This document shows positions 1-10,400 of a DNA stretch of 19,050 nucleotides, in pieces. The translations under genes were made by a program, and so were the position numbers. Under the pieces are notes generated by a model that saw nothing but the letters and a program-made list of their open reading frames with translations, ran no database searches and was not told where the DNA came from. The DNA comes from Thecamonas trahens ATCC 50062 (lineage: Eukaryota > Protista > Apusomonadida), in the NCBI RefSeq assembly GCF_000142905.1, contig NW_013657599.1, forward strand, positions 1-19,050. The letters are read 5' to 3'. The stretch's first letter is position 1. Each line of letters opens with the position of its first letter.

Positions 1-860
1 TTGTAGACAACGAGGAGCATGACGAGGAAGACCATGAGGAGAATAAGATACATGCACATCTTGTCCTTGCCGACCTTCTTGAGGATCTTGGACAGGCGCT
101 TGTTCGAGTTGCGGATGTGCTCTGTGACCTCGGCAGCACGACGGTTTGTCTCGTCGAGCATGATGTTCTGGCGGTCCAGCTCGCCACCCATCTCAACGGC
201 AATGTCGCGGAGGGTGGCAACGCCGTCGGCAATGGCGTCGAGCTCCTGGTCGATGTCCTCGTTGCGGGCCTCAATCCGCATCAACGCCGCCTCGACTTCT
301 TCATCATCGATGGGCGCCAGCTGCGACATGGTCGGGTCGTCCGGAAGCTCTGCCGCGCCGTTGCGGCCCGAGCGCGAGCCTGCAACGCCGACACCCGCGG
401 CAGCAGCCCCCGCCATCAGGCGGGACCTGTTGTCGCGGTCGACCTTTGAGGTATACCTCCGCTTCTCTAGCCGCTTGCACTCGCGCAGGTGCTCCTTGAC
501 CACCTTGAGCTGATCGCCACGAAGGGCCAGCTCTTCGCGCTTGTCTTCGCTGGGAGACTTGCCAGCCTTCTTCTTCTCGGCCTTGAACAGCTCCTCTAGC
601 TCATTGACCTCAGCCTCGACCTTGACCAGATCCCTTCGAATACGAGAACCAAGCTCAATGGTGCTCGGGGCAGCAGCAACGGCAGAGCCCAGCAGCTGGT
701 CCCGCTCTTTGAGCGACTCGCGAATGGCTCTCAGCTCGTTGGCAATGGTCTTCTTCTTGCTCCGGAACGGGGTCGCCTGCGCCCGCTTGGCCTGCTTTCG
801 TCGCAACTCTACAGAGCATTCCTCCTCTATGTACCGCAGCTTGCCAAGGAGGACGTTCAT
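1..860 (-). CDS. Qc-SNARE, Syp7 (SYP71-like) family; 3' end truncated by the window edge
   Basis: Manual translation from ATG at 860: MNVLLGKLRYIEEECSVELRRKQ...GSRIRRDLVKVEAEVNELEELFK...REELALRGDQLKVVKEHL...NEDIDQELDAIADGVATLRDIAVEMGGELDRQNIMLDETNRRAAEVTEHIRNSNKRLSKILKKVGKDKMCMYLILLMVFLVMLLVVY. This gives a SNARE heptad with central Q (ELDRQ) followed by a C-terminal TM anchor. The helical N-terminus recalls plant SYP71 (EELAARNDLV-like). Absent from the ORF track because the stop lies outside the window. Confidence 0.88.
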   Translation of the reverse strand, partial: MNVLLGKLRYIEEECSVELRRKQAKRAQATPFRSKKKTIANELRAIRESLKERDQLLGSAVAAAPSTIELGSRIRRDLVKVEAEVNELEELFKAEKKKAGKSPSEDKREELALRGDQLKVVKEHLRECKRLEKRRYTSKVDRDNRSRLMAGAAAAGVGVAGSRSGRNGAAELPDDPTMSQLAPIDDEEVEAALMRIEARNEDIDQELDAIADGVATLRDIAVEMGGELDRQNIMLDETNRRAAEVTEHIRNSNKRLSKILKKVGKDKMCMYLILLMVFLVMLLVVY

Positions 861-875
861 GGTGGAGGTGGAGGT

Positions 876-929
876 GGGGTGGGGTGGGGTGGGGTGGGGT
901 GGGGTGGGGTGGGGTGGGGTGGGGTGGGG
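876..929. repeat. (GGGGT)n pentanucleotide microsatellite, G-quadruplex-capable
   Basis: Ten perfect GGGGT units plus GGGG in the ~200-bp gap between divergent start codons at 860 (-) and 1062 (+). Confidence 0.95.
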
Positions 930-1061
930 CGCGATCGTGATCGACGGCAGCCGCAGCGAGCGGGGGCGTGACCGTTGGCAGTTGTCAGACCACGTCTCCC
1001 CGCTCCCGCTCGGGCCAATCCACCGCACTCGTGGAGAGGTGGCACAGGCAGACCAGAAAGG

Positions 1062-2716
1062 ATGGAGATGCTCCCGGCCGAGGTTGTGGACCACATAGCG
1101 TACAAAGTGAGTGAGCTTGAGCTCTCTGACATTGTTTCGTGGGCGTGCACCTCGCGGCGTTTCTACGGACTCCTCCTTGGCAGTCGTAGCCTGCGCGCTC
1201 GCGCTCGAGGCCTTGCAGGATATGATGAGTGCATGCAGAAAAAGATCTGCTTGCAGCACGGCATTGTGTGATGCGGACGAATTTCTTGCAGGTTAATGGC
1301 GGGGAAGCGTTTTGGAAGGGCAAGGACTCGCGACTGGTGGCTCTGTTTGATGATTGGGGCGAGGTGGGGAAGGCGGTCAATGATCGGCTGGCGGAAGGCG
1401 AGGAGCTGGCGGGTGACGGCACAGCTGAGGATTGGCTCGGCCTGGTGCGGGCGCTGGCGAAGGTGGGTGCCACGGCGCGGCCCGCCAACTTTGGCCCGGC
1501 CACCTTTACGTTCCTCCTCAAGTCGTCGGCGCTGCGGCACGCCGGCTCGCGGGCGAGCGTGGTGACGTGGTGCGTGGGGCGGGATCTGCCTGCAGTGGCG
1601 GTCGACATCATCCGGCGCGGCGTGGATGCGGTGGCGCGGCAGCAGGCGCTGCAGTTGGCAGCGCTCAAGGGGTATGAGCTTGTGGTAGAGGCGTTGCTGG
1701 CGCGCGGCGAGGTGGACGCGGGCGCGGACGCGAGCTTTGCGCTGCGGTGTGCGACCGAGCACGGGCACACGGGCGTGGTAGCAAGGCTCCTTGAGCGCAG
1801 CGAGGTGGATCCGGGAGCGAGCAATAACCATGCGCTGTGCGCGGCGGCGGCAGCCGGCTTTGCGGACCTCGTGGCGATGCTGGTGGAGACTGGGCGGGTC
1901 GACTGCGCGGCGCGGGAGCACGAGCCGCTGCGCAAGGCGGCAGCCGGAGGTCATCTTGTGATTGTGGAGCGGCTGCTTGACGAGGACTCGGCGGGAGGCG
2001 ACGAATTGAGCGAGGTGCTTGTGTTAGCAGCGCGGAACGGGCACGCGGCGGTGGTGGCGCGGCTGCTTGCGGCGGACGGAGTCGATCCGCAGAGCAACAA
2101 CGGGCACGCGCTGCGGGCGGCGAGCGAGCTCGGGCATGAGCGCACGGTGGCGCTGCTGCTGGGAGCTGGGATCGAGTATGAGTCTGCTGTGTACGAGGCG
2201 GCGTTCCGACTTGCAGCGGGCAAGGGCCATGCGGCGATAGTGATCCAGCTGCTCCGCGCAAGCAACATCAGCGCGATTGCGATGAACGATGCGGTGGTGG
2301 CGGGAGCGAGCGGCGGGTTTGCCGACGTTGTGCGTGTGCTACTCGCCGAAGTGACCAGTGTCGAGATGCTCAACACAGCGTTGGGGCAAGCTGCGAGGAG
2401 GGGGCATGCTTGCGTGGTCGAGGTGCTTCTTGCGGACGAGCGGGTGGATGCTGCGACATCGTTCAACGCGCCGCTCCGAGCGGCGGCCAAAGCCGGCAAA
2501 CTCAACGTTGTCCGGATCTTGCTCGGTTACGATGGCGTGGATGCATCAGCAGACAACGACTATGCGCTCCGTGTAGCGGTGCGCAACAACGATGTGGAGC
2601 TGGCTCGCTTCTTGCTCGAGACCGGGACGGTCAACGTTGGTGCCAACTACGACGAGCTGTTGCGCCTCCGCGGCCCATCGCGGGCGCTCCGGGCGCTCCT
2701 TCTCGAGTTCCGATGA
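1062..2716 (+). CDS. Ankyrin-repeat protein with N-terminal F-box-like motif (frame break near 1228)
   Basis: 1062-1175 encodes MEMLPAEVVDHIAYKVSELELSDIVSWACTSRRFYGLLL (F-box pattern). ORF 1229-2716 has about 10 ankyrin repeats (ALQLAALKGYELVVEALL, ALRCATEHGHTGVVARLL, PLRKAAAGGHLVIVERLL, ALRAASELGHERTVALLL etc.). The parts join by a 1-nt frameshift near 1228 or by an in-frame intron 1107-1291 (GTGAGT...TTGCAG). Confidence 0.85.
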
Positions 2717-2948
2717 GTGTGTGGGTGTAGGTAGACCGACCATTGAAACCGTGGTCATCAAGCAGTGTTTTTCCGAGGAGCTCGTCATCTTGGTATGTCG
2801 TCCTCGCTGGGCGTCATGCAGTTCATTGCCACCTGCCAGCCGATGAAGACGGCGACGAGTACGACCAGTCACGAGGACAGCCTGTCAGGCATGACCAGGC
2901 CGTGTTAGGCACCGGAGTTGTTTGAGAGCAGCACCTCACGCATCTACC

Positions 2949-5191
2949 ATGTCGAGTCCAGCACACATGGCCTTTGCCGAGTCTTCGTCCTCTGGCTGGC
3001 TCGTTGCTGACAGAGGTACGTTGGGTCGTGCTGTGCGGGGTTTGGGGGGGGGGGGGGGGGGAGGCATACATCGTGATGGTGGGGATGGTGGGGATGGGTA
3101 TGGGTATGGTGATGGTCACTGATGATGATGATGGTGATGGTGATGACTTTGATGGTGATGATCATGACCATGATGATGATGATGGTGACCATGATGATGA
3201 TGATGATGATGATGGTGATGGTGATAACTTTGATGGTGATGATCATGACCATGATGACCATGATGATGACCATTACCATAACCATAACCATGACTATATG
3301 ACCATGACCACAATTGTGTCCTGTCGTTGCGTGTCGTTGTGATCTGTACTCATGTGTATGGGAGGAATATGATGTGGCGACCACGGGGGTTCGGCTATCG
3401 CGTACTGGGCACCCTCCGGACGGGGGGCTGGCTGCAGGATGGGAGCGGATGCAGATCCGCGCGTTCACTGGGTTTGTGGAGAGCCTGCTGGAGCCGCTGT
3501 CGGCAACACTGCCGAGTGACCTCATCCACTCGTTTGCCGACGGCCGCGTCCTCGCTCTGCTCGCTGCCGCACTGGCGGATCCCGAGCCGACCGGCAATCT
3601 GCCGCGCGTAGCCGCCAAGATCACCCGCATTGCTGCGCTCGACGCCACCAATGAGGCCATGGCTGACCTGGCGGGCCTGGGGGTCGACCTCTCGGGCTGC
3701 GAAGCATCAAACTTTGTCGACGGCGACAAAGTGCCCATCCTCGGCTTTGTCTGGCGCCTCTTTCTCGCGTACTCGTCCAGGCAGGCTGCCGCGCCCGCCG
3801 AAGCTTCGGCGCCAGCTGATGCAGCGGCAGATGCATCGGCCAGCCGCGAGCTGTTGGCGTGGATCAACGCCCAGCTCGGTGTTGATGCGGCAGTGACCAA
3901 TCTGACCAGCGACTGGACCGACGGCCGCGCGTTTCTCGCCCTTTTGGCAGCGCTCGGCAACGTGCCTCCGGACGCAGGATCGCTGACACCCATCGCGCGC
4001 ATGCAAAAGGTCTTTGACGCCTTTTACGCCCAGTTTGCTGTCCCCATGCTCCTCGACCCGAGCGACGTATGCTCGGACGCGCTTGATGCGAGGTCCATGC
4101 ACATGTACCTTACGCTTGTCCAAGTGGCGGCGGCCAACTCGGCCAAGTCACCCAAGCCGAGTGGCCTGCTCACGCCCAAGCCCGACGCCCCGCACATTCA
4201 CATCCCGGACCTCCCGCCGCCACCGCCGCCGCTGGAAGCCGACTCGAGCTCCAGCTCGGACTCTGACTTGAGCTCCAGCTCGGACGATGACGACGATGGC
4301 GACGACGAGATCGCCGCGCTCAAGGCGAAGCTTGCTGCGCGCGAGGCCAAGATCGCCAAGCTCCGCGCTGCCAATGCGGCGCTCAAGTGGAAGGCTATTG
4401 CAGTCAAGTCGACAGCCCGCGCAGCAGTCGAGGCCGCTGCCGCTTCCGCCGCCGCCCGGGTGGAGCACGTCCGTGCTGAGGCCGGCCAGACCGAGGCCGA
4501 GCTCAACGCCCGCATCGCCGAGCTCACCGCAGCGCTGGCCGACGCCCGCGACAACGCCGAGGAGAGCACGACCGAGACCCGACTCCGCGGCACGCTGACC
4601 GGGCGGCTCAAAGATGTATTCCAACTTGTCAAGCGGGTCCGGCACCTCGAGCATCCGCTCGACGCCGCCGCCGTCCTCGAGCGCGCATACGTGAGTACCA
4701 CCATCGACCTCCTGCCGCCGCCGCTCATGGCCGGCTGGCTCCGGGTCCCGTCGATCTTTGGGCACAAGCTCCGCTATGTCGTCCTCCTCGACAACCTCGC
4801 CCTCCACTTCAAGTCGGAGGATCCCGGGACGCATCCGTCGTTCGTTCACCGGACCGATGGCTGCCAGGTCTCGCTGTGTGACTCGGTCATCACCGTCGTC
4901 CGCGAAGACTCCAAGGGCGTGTGGGACTACTCGCTGCCGACCAGCGCCGCGCCGGACGCCGCCGTGCCATGGATCGCCGCCTTTGAGCGGGCATCCATGT
5001 TCTGGAAGGTATACAATGACATCGTCGGTGCCGCCTACCACCGCAACCAGTACCTCGCCTGGACCGTCCAGCGCGAGTCTGACCCCTCGACCCGTCCGCA
5101 GTACTCGGACCCCGAGCCTGTCGATGTGGCGGTGGCCGTCCACCCCAAAGGCCACCACCTCCCAGCCGTGATCGCTGGCCTCCAGGCGTAG
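2949..5191 (+). CDS. Tandem calponin-homology (cortexillin/alpha-actinin-type actin-binding domain) + coiled-coil + PH domain protein; exons 2949-3015 and 3438-5191
   Basis: The spliced frame gives MSSPAHMAFAESSSSGWLVADRG-WERMQIRAFTGFVESLL. CH1 ends with ASNFVDGDKVPILGFVWRLFLAY; CH2 is ELLAWINAQL...VTNLTSDWTDGRAFLALL...FAVPMLLDPSDV...DARSMHMYL. These are followed by DLPPPPPPLE, an acidic tract, a coiled coil, and a PH-like domain (MAGWLRVPSIFGHKLRYVVLLDNLALHFKSE...WIAAFERA). Confidence 0.85.
3016..3437 (+). other. Spliceosomal intron (phase 1)
   Basis: Donor AG|GTACGT at 3016 and acceptor GCTGCAG|GA at 3437. Splicing restores a GGA codon in frame immediately before the conserved W of CH1. 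The interior is low-complexity. Confidence 0.75.
3044..3310. repeat. Poly-G (18 nt) plus compound (GAT/GGT/CAT)n trinucleotide microsatellite with an internal ~81-bp duplication
   Basis: G run at 3044-3061; GAT-rich triplets 3075-3310. The block ...GGTGATGGTGAT(G/A)ACTTTGATGGTGATGATCATGACCATGATGA occurs twice, 81 nt apart (RACTTT at 3145 and 3226). Confidence 0.9.
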
Positions 5192-5259
5192 CCCCATGAG
5201 GTGAGCTTTGGTTGCGTTTGTTTTGGCTACGTCCCTGGGCGGGACAAATGGTAAAGGCG

Positions 5260-6742
5260 TCATCCAGTGTGGTCCGAGAAGACAAAGTCCATCTTGGTGT
5301 CGTTGAAGCGGACGTCAGCGACGCGGCCCTGGACGAGATGGACACAGAGGGTGTCGCGAGGCGGGCTCGATTCCACGAGACGCTCCGTCGCCTCAAACTG
5401 GATGGCGGTGCAGCCCGGCGGGAGGTTGGAGATGGAGCGGAGCGCACCGGACGTCGTGTTGATCCCAATGTTGACCGTCGTCGCCGCCCGGAGACCGATG
5501 GCCGGCAGCGAAAGCCGGAACTCGGCCAGCCGCGACTGCTCAGCCTGCTGCGCCCGCGCGTCGGCCTGTGCCCGGGCCACAGCCTCGGCCTCGGCCCGGG
5601 CCCCGGGCCGCAGAATCGGCCTCGGCCTTGGCCTTGGCTGCAGCCGCGGCCTTTGCCCGGGCATCAGCCTCAGCCTTGGCCTTTGCGGCTGCTTCAGCCT
5701 CGGCCTCGGCCTTGGCCTTTGCGGCAGCCTCAGCCTCGGCNNNNNNNNNNNNNNNNNNNNNNNNNNNNNNNNNNNNNNNNNNNNNNNNNNNNNNNNNNNN
5801 NNNNNNNNNNNNNNNNNNNNNNNNNNNNNNNNNNNNNNNNCTCCTCGGCCGGCGGCGGCGGGGCGCGGCGGTTGGTGGAGCCCTTGCGCGGGATCGGTGG
5901 AGCACCACCGGTGTTGGCGCGTGGCTTGGCTGCGGCGGCCGGCGGCTTCTTGCCCGACGGCGGCGGCTTCTTGCCCGACGGTGGTGGCTTCTTGCCCGAC
6001 GGCGGCGGCTTTTTTCCGCCAGGCGACGGCGGCAGCGCCTTGCCACCCTGCGGCGACGACGAGTTCTTGGCCGGAAGCGGCGGAGCCTTTTTGGCGGCCG
6101 GGTCGGCTGGCGTGGCTCCGCCACCGGCCTTGCGTGCCGCCATCTTCTTTTGCAGCTCGCTCATGCCGCCGCCAGCCATCAGCGGGTTCACGCCCATGGT
6201 CTTCTTCCGCGAGCGGTTTGCCTCGGGCGCCTCATCAGCCGGCACGTTGGTGACTGCCGGTGGCGGGCTCGAGCCCGACATGGCCGTCGCAATGGGCATG
6301 GCCGCCATGGGACCGATAGCCACCGCTCCGGGCGGCGGACCCTTCCGCTTGGTGGTGGTGGCCGCCGCCGCTCCACCCGGAGGCAAAGCCGGGGCTTTGT
6401 CCTTCGGCCTTGCCTTGGCCGAATTGGTGCTCTCGGCCTGGGCCGACGACGGAGTGGTAGTAGTAGCAGCAGCAGCAGGGGAGGAGCAGCAGCCTTGGAC
6501 CGCTTGGGCAGCGGAGGAGGATCCTCGTTGGCCGAGTCATCGGCCTCATTGTACGGCTCTACAAAGTTTGAAGGAAACCAGCCCTTTTCTCCACGGGCCT
6601 TGCCGCCCTTGAGAATGACGCCGACCCACCAGCCAGCGTCATCATTGTTGAGGACTTGGATGATCTCTCCCACGTCAAACGAGAGCTCATCATCATTCTC
6701 AGCTGTGTAATCAAACACAGACTTGACCTTGATCGTCGCCAT
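5260..6742 (-). CDS. SH3-domain, proline-rich and Ala/Lys/Glu coiled-coil protein (two frameshifts and one N gap in the assembly)
   Basis: N-terminal SH3: VKSVFDYTAENDDELSFDVGEIIQVLNNDDAGWWVG...KGWFPSNFVE. After GGGG 6478-6481 the sensible frame continues PAAAATTTTPSS...PALPPGG...MGVNPLMAGGGMSELQKKMAARK...(PPPSGKK)n. After the gap it reads (AEAEAAAKAK)n; after CCCC 5601-5604 it reads ARAEAEAVARAQ...VRFNDTKMDFVFSDHTG*. Confidence 0.85.
5620..5740. repeat. Coding tandem repeat (AEAEAAAKAK-type, ~36-nt unit) abutting the gap
   Basis: Repeated GCCTCGGCCTTGGCCTTTGCGGC-like units on +; a likely cause of the assembly gap. Confidence 0.8.
5741..5840. other. Assembly gap (100 N)
   Basis: Run of exactly 100 N inside the SH3 gene; the true length is unknown. 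Confidence 0.99.
5941..6020. repeat. 21-bp coding tandem repeat encoding PPPSGKK (about 3.5 units)
   Basis: GGCGGCTTCTTGCCCGACGGC units repeated with synonymous variation. Confidence 0.85.
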
Positions 6743-6789
6743 GTTGTCGTCGAGCAGAGAGTATCAAAGCACAAGCAGAGAGGAAGCCG

Positions 6790-7430
6790 AGCGAGCGTGA
6801 GCAGATTAGCCTAGCCTAGACGAGACGAGACAAGACGAGGCGAGTCGAGATGAGCCGAGCCGAGCCGAGCCGAGCCGAACGAGAAGGAAATGAGCACGTG
6901 CGAGAGTGCAAGGGTGTGTGCAAGCGAACGAGAAAGCGAGCGAGAGCTGGCGAGCTGGCGAGCGAGAGTGCCGAACGAGCGAGAGTGTCGAGTGTCGAGT
7001 GTCGAATGCGGGAGAGGCTTGGTGTGAGAGTGTGGGCTTGGTGACCTTTGTGATATCCAGGTCGTCACCACACACACGCGGGGGTAAGAGGCGGGGGGTC
7101 GAGGGGCGAGAAGGGGGTGAGGGGGGGGGCGGAGGGGGGCGGGAGGGGGGGGGGGAGGTGCCAAGAAGGAGAAGGTGTATACCACAGACACAAAGACAGA
7201 CACACACACACACACACGGGAGAGGATGGTGTGTGTAGGGTTTGTGTATGGGGGGGGGGAGATTGGCGTCAAATGGGGGCGAGGGGAGGGCAACGTGCTC
7301 TGGCCGCTGGTCGTCATCGAAAGTGTCTGGTTGGTGGCGGAGTCGTCAGGCGAATTTCGCCGAACCCTGGGGAGCGAGGGGGGTGGGGGTGGGGGGTGGG
7401 GGGTGGGAGGGATACTTTTTTTTCTTTTCG
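6790..7430. repeat. Low-complexity intergenic region: (GAGCC)n, (GAGTGTC)3, (CA)n, several G-tracts and a T-tract
   Basis: (GAGCC)5 at 6852-6876; GAGTGTC x3 at 6983-7003; CA run ~7198-7217; G-tracts at ~7113-7157, 7250-7259 and 7378-7411. Lies between the CAR stop and the SH3 start. Confidence 0.8.
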
Positions 7431-7484
7431 TTTTGGTGGAGGGCACTATGTCTCTCTCTGTGCGCATATGTGTGTTGGTGTTGG

Positions 7485-10400
7485 TCATGGTGAGTACGCC
7501 TGCAGCCAAGTGATCTGGCTTGCCACGAGCTCTTCGGCGTCAGCATCGGCAAAGGGTGGCAGGCCGTTGATGACACCGTCGACAACAAGCGAGCTGGGAA
7601 GGACTGGCCCACCAAAGTAGGTTTCGGCCAGTGGGGCAAGTGGCGAGGTGGGTGAGCGCGCGAGCGATGTCTGCCACTCGGTGTATGGCGTGACAATGTC
7701 GTCCAGATCGACGCCGAGCATGGCGGCAACGCCGCGGCCGACAGCTGCAAAGGACGGTGGAGTAGGGTTGGCAACATGAACAACAGCAGCGTCTCCTACC
7801 CCACCGGCACTGCCATTCATCCCCGTGACCATCGCCAGCACCGCCCGGGCCGCGTCGTCGACAGGTGTCATTTCGAACCGCGCGCTGGGGGCAGACGACG
7901 GGAACGACCGCGCGGCCACGCAGTGGCGCACCAGCCGCGAGAGGTAGTCGCGCGGGTTGGTAAAGCCAGACCCACGCGCGCCACATAGATAGCCGCATCG
8001 CACCAGTGTGACATCGGCAGACAGCGGCGGTCGTGTCAGCAGGATCTCTGCCACCGCTTTGGTCCCGTTGTACCCGACAAACGCGCGCGGCTCGAGCTCG
8101 GCCAGTGCCGCCGGAAGAGTGGCCAAAGGCGTAAACGGCGGCAAGGTGCCGCGCTTGGCAAGGAGGCTGACGACGCCGATGGTCGAGACGTGGATGAGCT
8201 GACAGCATGAGGCGCTCGCCTCGGCCAGCGCCGCCACATATCGCACCGCGCCGACGTTGACCCTGGCAAGACTCGCGTACGGCAGCACCGAGTTGACCGC
8301 CGCACCGGCGTGGACAATGGCAGTAAACGCGCCCGTCCGCGCCCACAACGCCAACGTTGCAGCGCCCACGCCAAGGAACGGCTCGGCAAGATCGCCGCGC
8401 ACCACACGCAGCCGGTCGGATGCCATCGCGGCGTCCATCGCGTCGTCCGCCACTAGCCCCGTTGTTCGCAACACCAGCAACAGCCGAGCTTCCGGCTCAT
8501 CACCGCGTACAATGCAGGTGACTGCCACATCGTCTCCGGCGTCTGCAAGTACAAGCGCCACAAGCACGGCGCCAAGCAGCCCAGTCCCACCGGTGACAAG
8601 CAGCCGGATCGGAGGCAAGTTTGCGGGACGCGAGCCGCCTGCAGCGCCGTCGGCATCGTCCAGGGCGCGAGCCCAAATCTCGGCAGCACCAGGCTCTAGC
8701 GCACGCCCGCGCGCAAGATCGTTGGTGACTGCCGAGTCGCTGACAGCGCGCGCACTCGCGGCAGCAGCTTCATCGCCAGCCGCCGACGCCCGGATGACAT
8801 CGGCGAGTGCCGTCAGGCTGTGCGCACCGACGACGTCAGCAACGGTGACCGAGACATCAAATGAGGCATTGATGAGGCTCACCAGCCGCATGGCTTCCAG
8901 CGAGTCGCCGCCGCGGGCAGCAAACGACGCGTCGTGCGAGGTAGCGGCGCCGTCGCCGGCGACGAGACTCCTCAACACAGCCAGTGTGCCATGGATCACT
9001 GATCCTTGCTCGGCTTCAAAGGCGGCCGCGGCTGTAGCCATAGCGTGGTCAAAGTGGGCGCGAAGCGTGGATCGCGCCAGCTTACCCGACGGCGTAAGGA
9101 GGCCTGGAACGTCGGCAAACGGCGTTGGCGCCAGAACAACGGCGAGCGGAATCTCGTGCGGGAGCAGGCCGCCAGCGGTGCCAGCACGGACCAGTTCGGC
9201 TGCCAGGTCGCTCTGCAAGAGATGAGCAGCGCTCGCAGCTGGCACGACGACGGCGATCAGGTACGAGGCAGCCGGCGATCCGTGGACAAAGATAGCAGAG
9301 ATCGAGGTTGCGGCACCGAGGAGGACGCCCTCGACGTACTCGGGCGAGACAAACTCACCCTGGGCGAGCTTAACAAAGTTCTTGCAGCGGTCGATGATGC
9401 GGATGGAGCGCGGACCGAGGAGCTCGACAACGTCGCCGGTGGCGTAGAAGCCGTCGTTGGCGGCGTTGAAGGCATCGACAGCAGCTGCAGGGTCTACCGC
9501 ACCGACGTAGGCCTTGGCCATGCTCGGGGTGCGGACAAGGAGCTCGCCGCGCGGATGCGGCTTGTCGGTGGCGAGGTAGCCCATGTCGGGGACGTCGCGG
9601 AGACGGATGGAGACGCCGGGGACGATGCGGCCGTTGGTGGCAATGGAGCCGACCTCGGTCGCGCCGTATCCGTCGTTGACCGAGGCCGAGAAGGTGTCGA
9701 TGAGCCAGGCAAGGACTGCCGGCGGCGTGCTCGCTCCGCCCGTGGTGATGTACCGCAGCGAGCCGCCAAGCCGGGCGTTGAATTGCGACTTGATGGCGGC
9801 CGGATCGGCATCAGGCGCGGCGATAGCATCCTGGAACTGCTTGTACAGCATGATCCACAGCCGTGGCGTCGACGCAAACATGGTGGGCCGGACAGCTGCA
9901 AAGATGTCAAAGACCTGCGCAGGTTCGCCGGTGTAGAGCGCGACTCGGCCGCCGCGGACGAGGGTGTTGAGCGAGGAGCGGCGGTCGAACATGTGGGCGA
10001 GCGGCGCGTAGGATATGGTGACCAGCGGATCGGGCACGGCCTTGGGCTTGACCACGGCCTCGGTCCAAGCAGCCACCGGTACGACTACGCCCTTGGGCAT
10101 GCCTGTCGAGCCCGAGGTGGCGATGATGGTGAGGACCGGGGCGTCGGCGTCGGGGCGATCTAGCTGGCGACAGGCACCAGGGCGACACGGCGCAAGCGCA
10201 TCGTGCCGGACTCGTGTCGTGGCTAGGCTCTGCATATCCACCATCGACGCCACAACGCACCCGGTGGCGTTCCGCAGCTCTGCGCAAGCAGCCTCGAGCT
10301 CGGCAGCGCCGACAGCGTCGACGTCAAAGACGAGAATGTGGGTGAGAGCTTGGCGAGTGGAGCGATCCGAGTCGACGAGGACGGGAATCCACGGCCGGAT

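Noticed and set aside
876-929. Interstitial telomere
   Set aside because: The unit is GGGGT, not TTAGGG or TTGGGG, and it sits among many other G-rich microsatellites.
2974-3342. Poly-His (-) and poly-Asp (+) ORFs as metal-binding proteins
   Set aside because: They are translations of a GAT/CAT microsatellite lying inside a well-supported intron.
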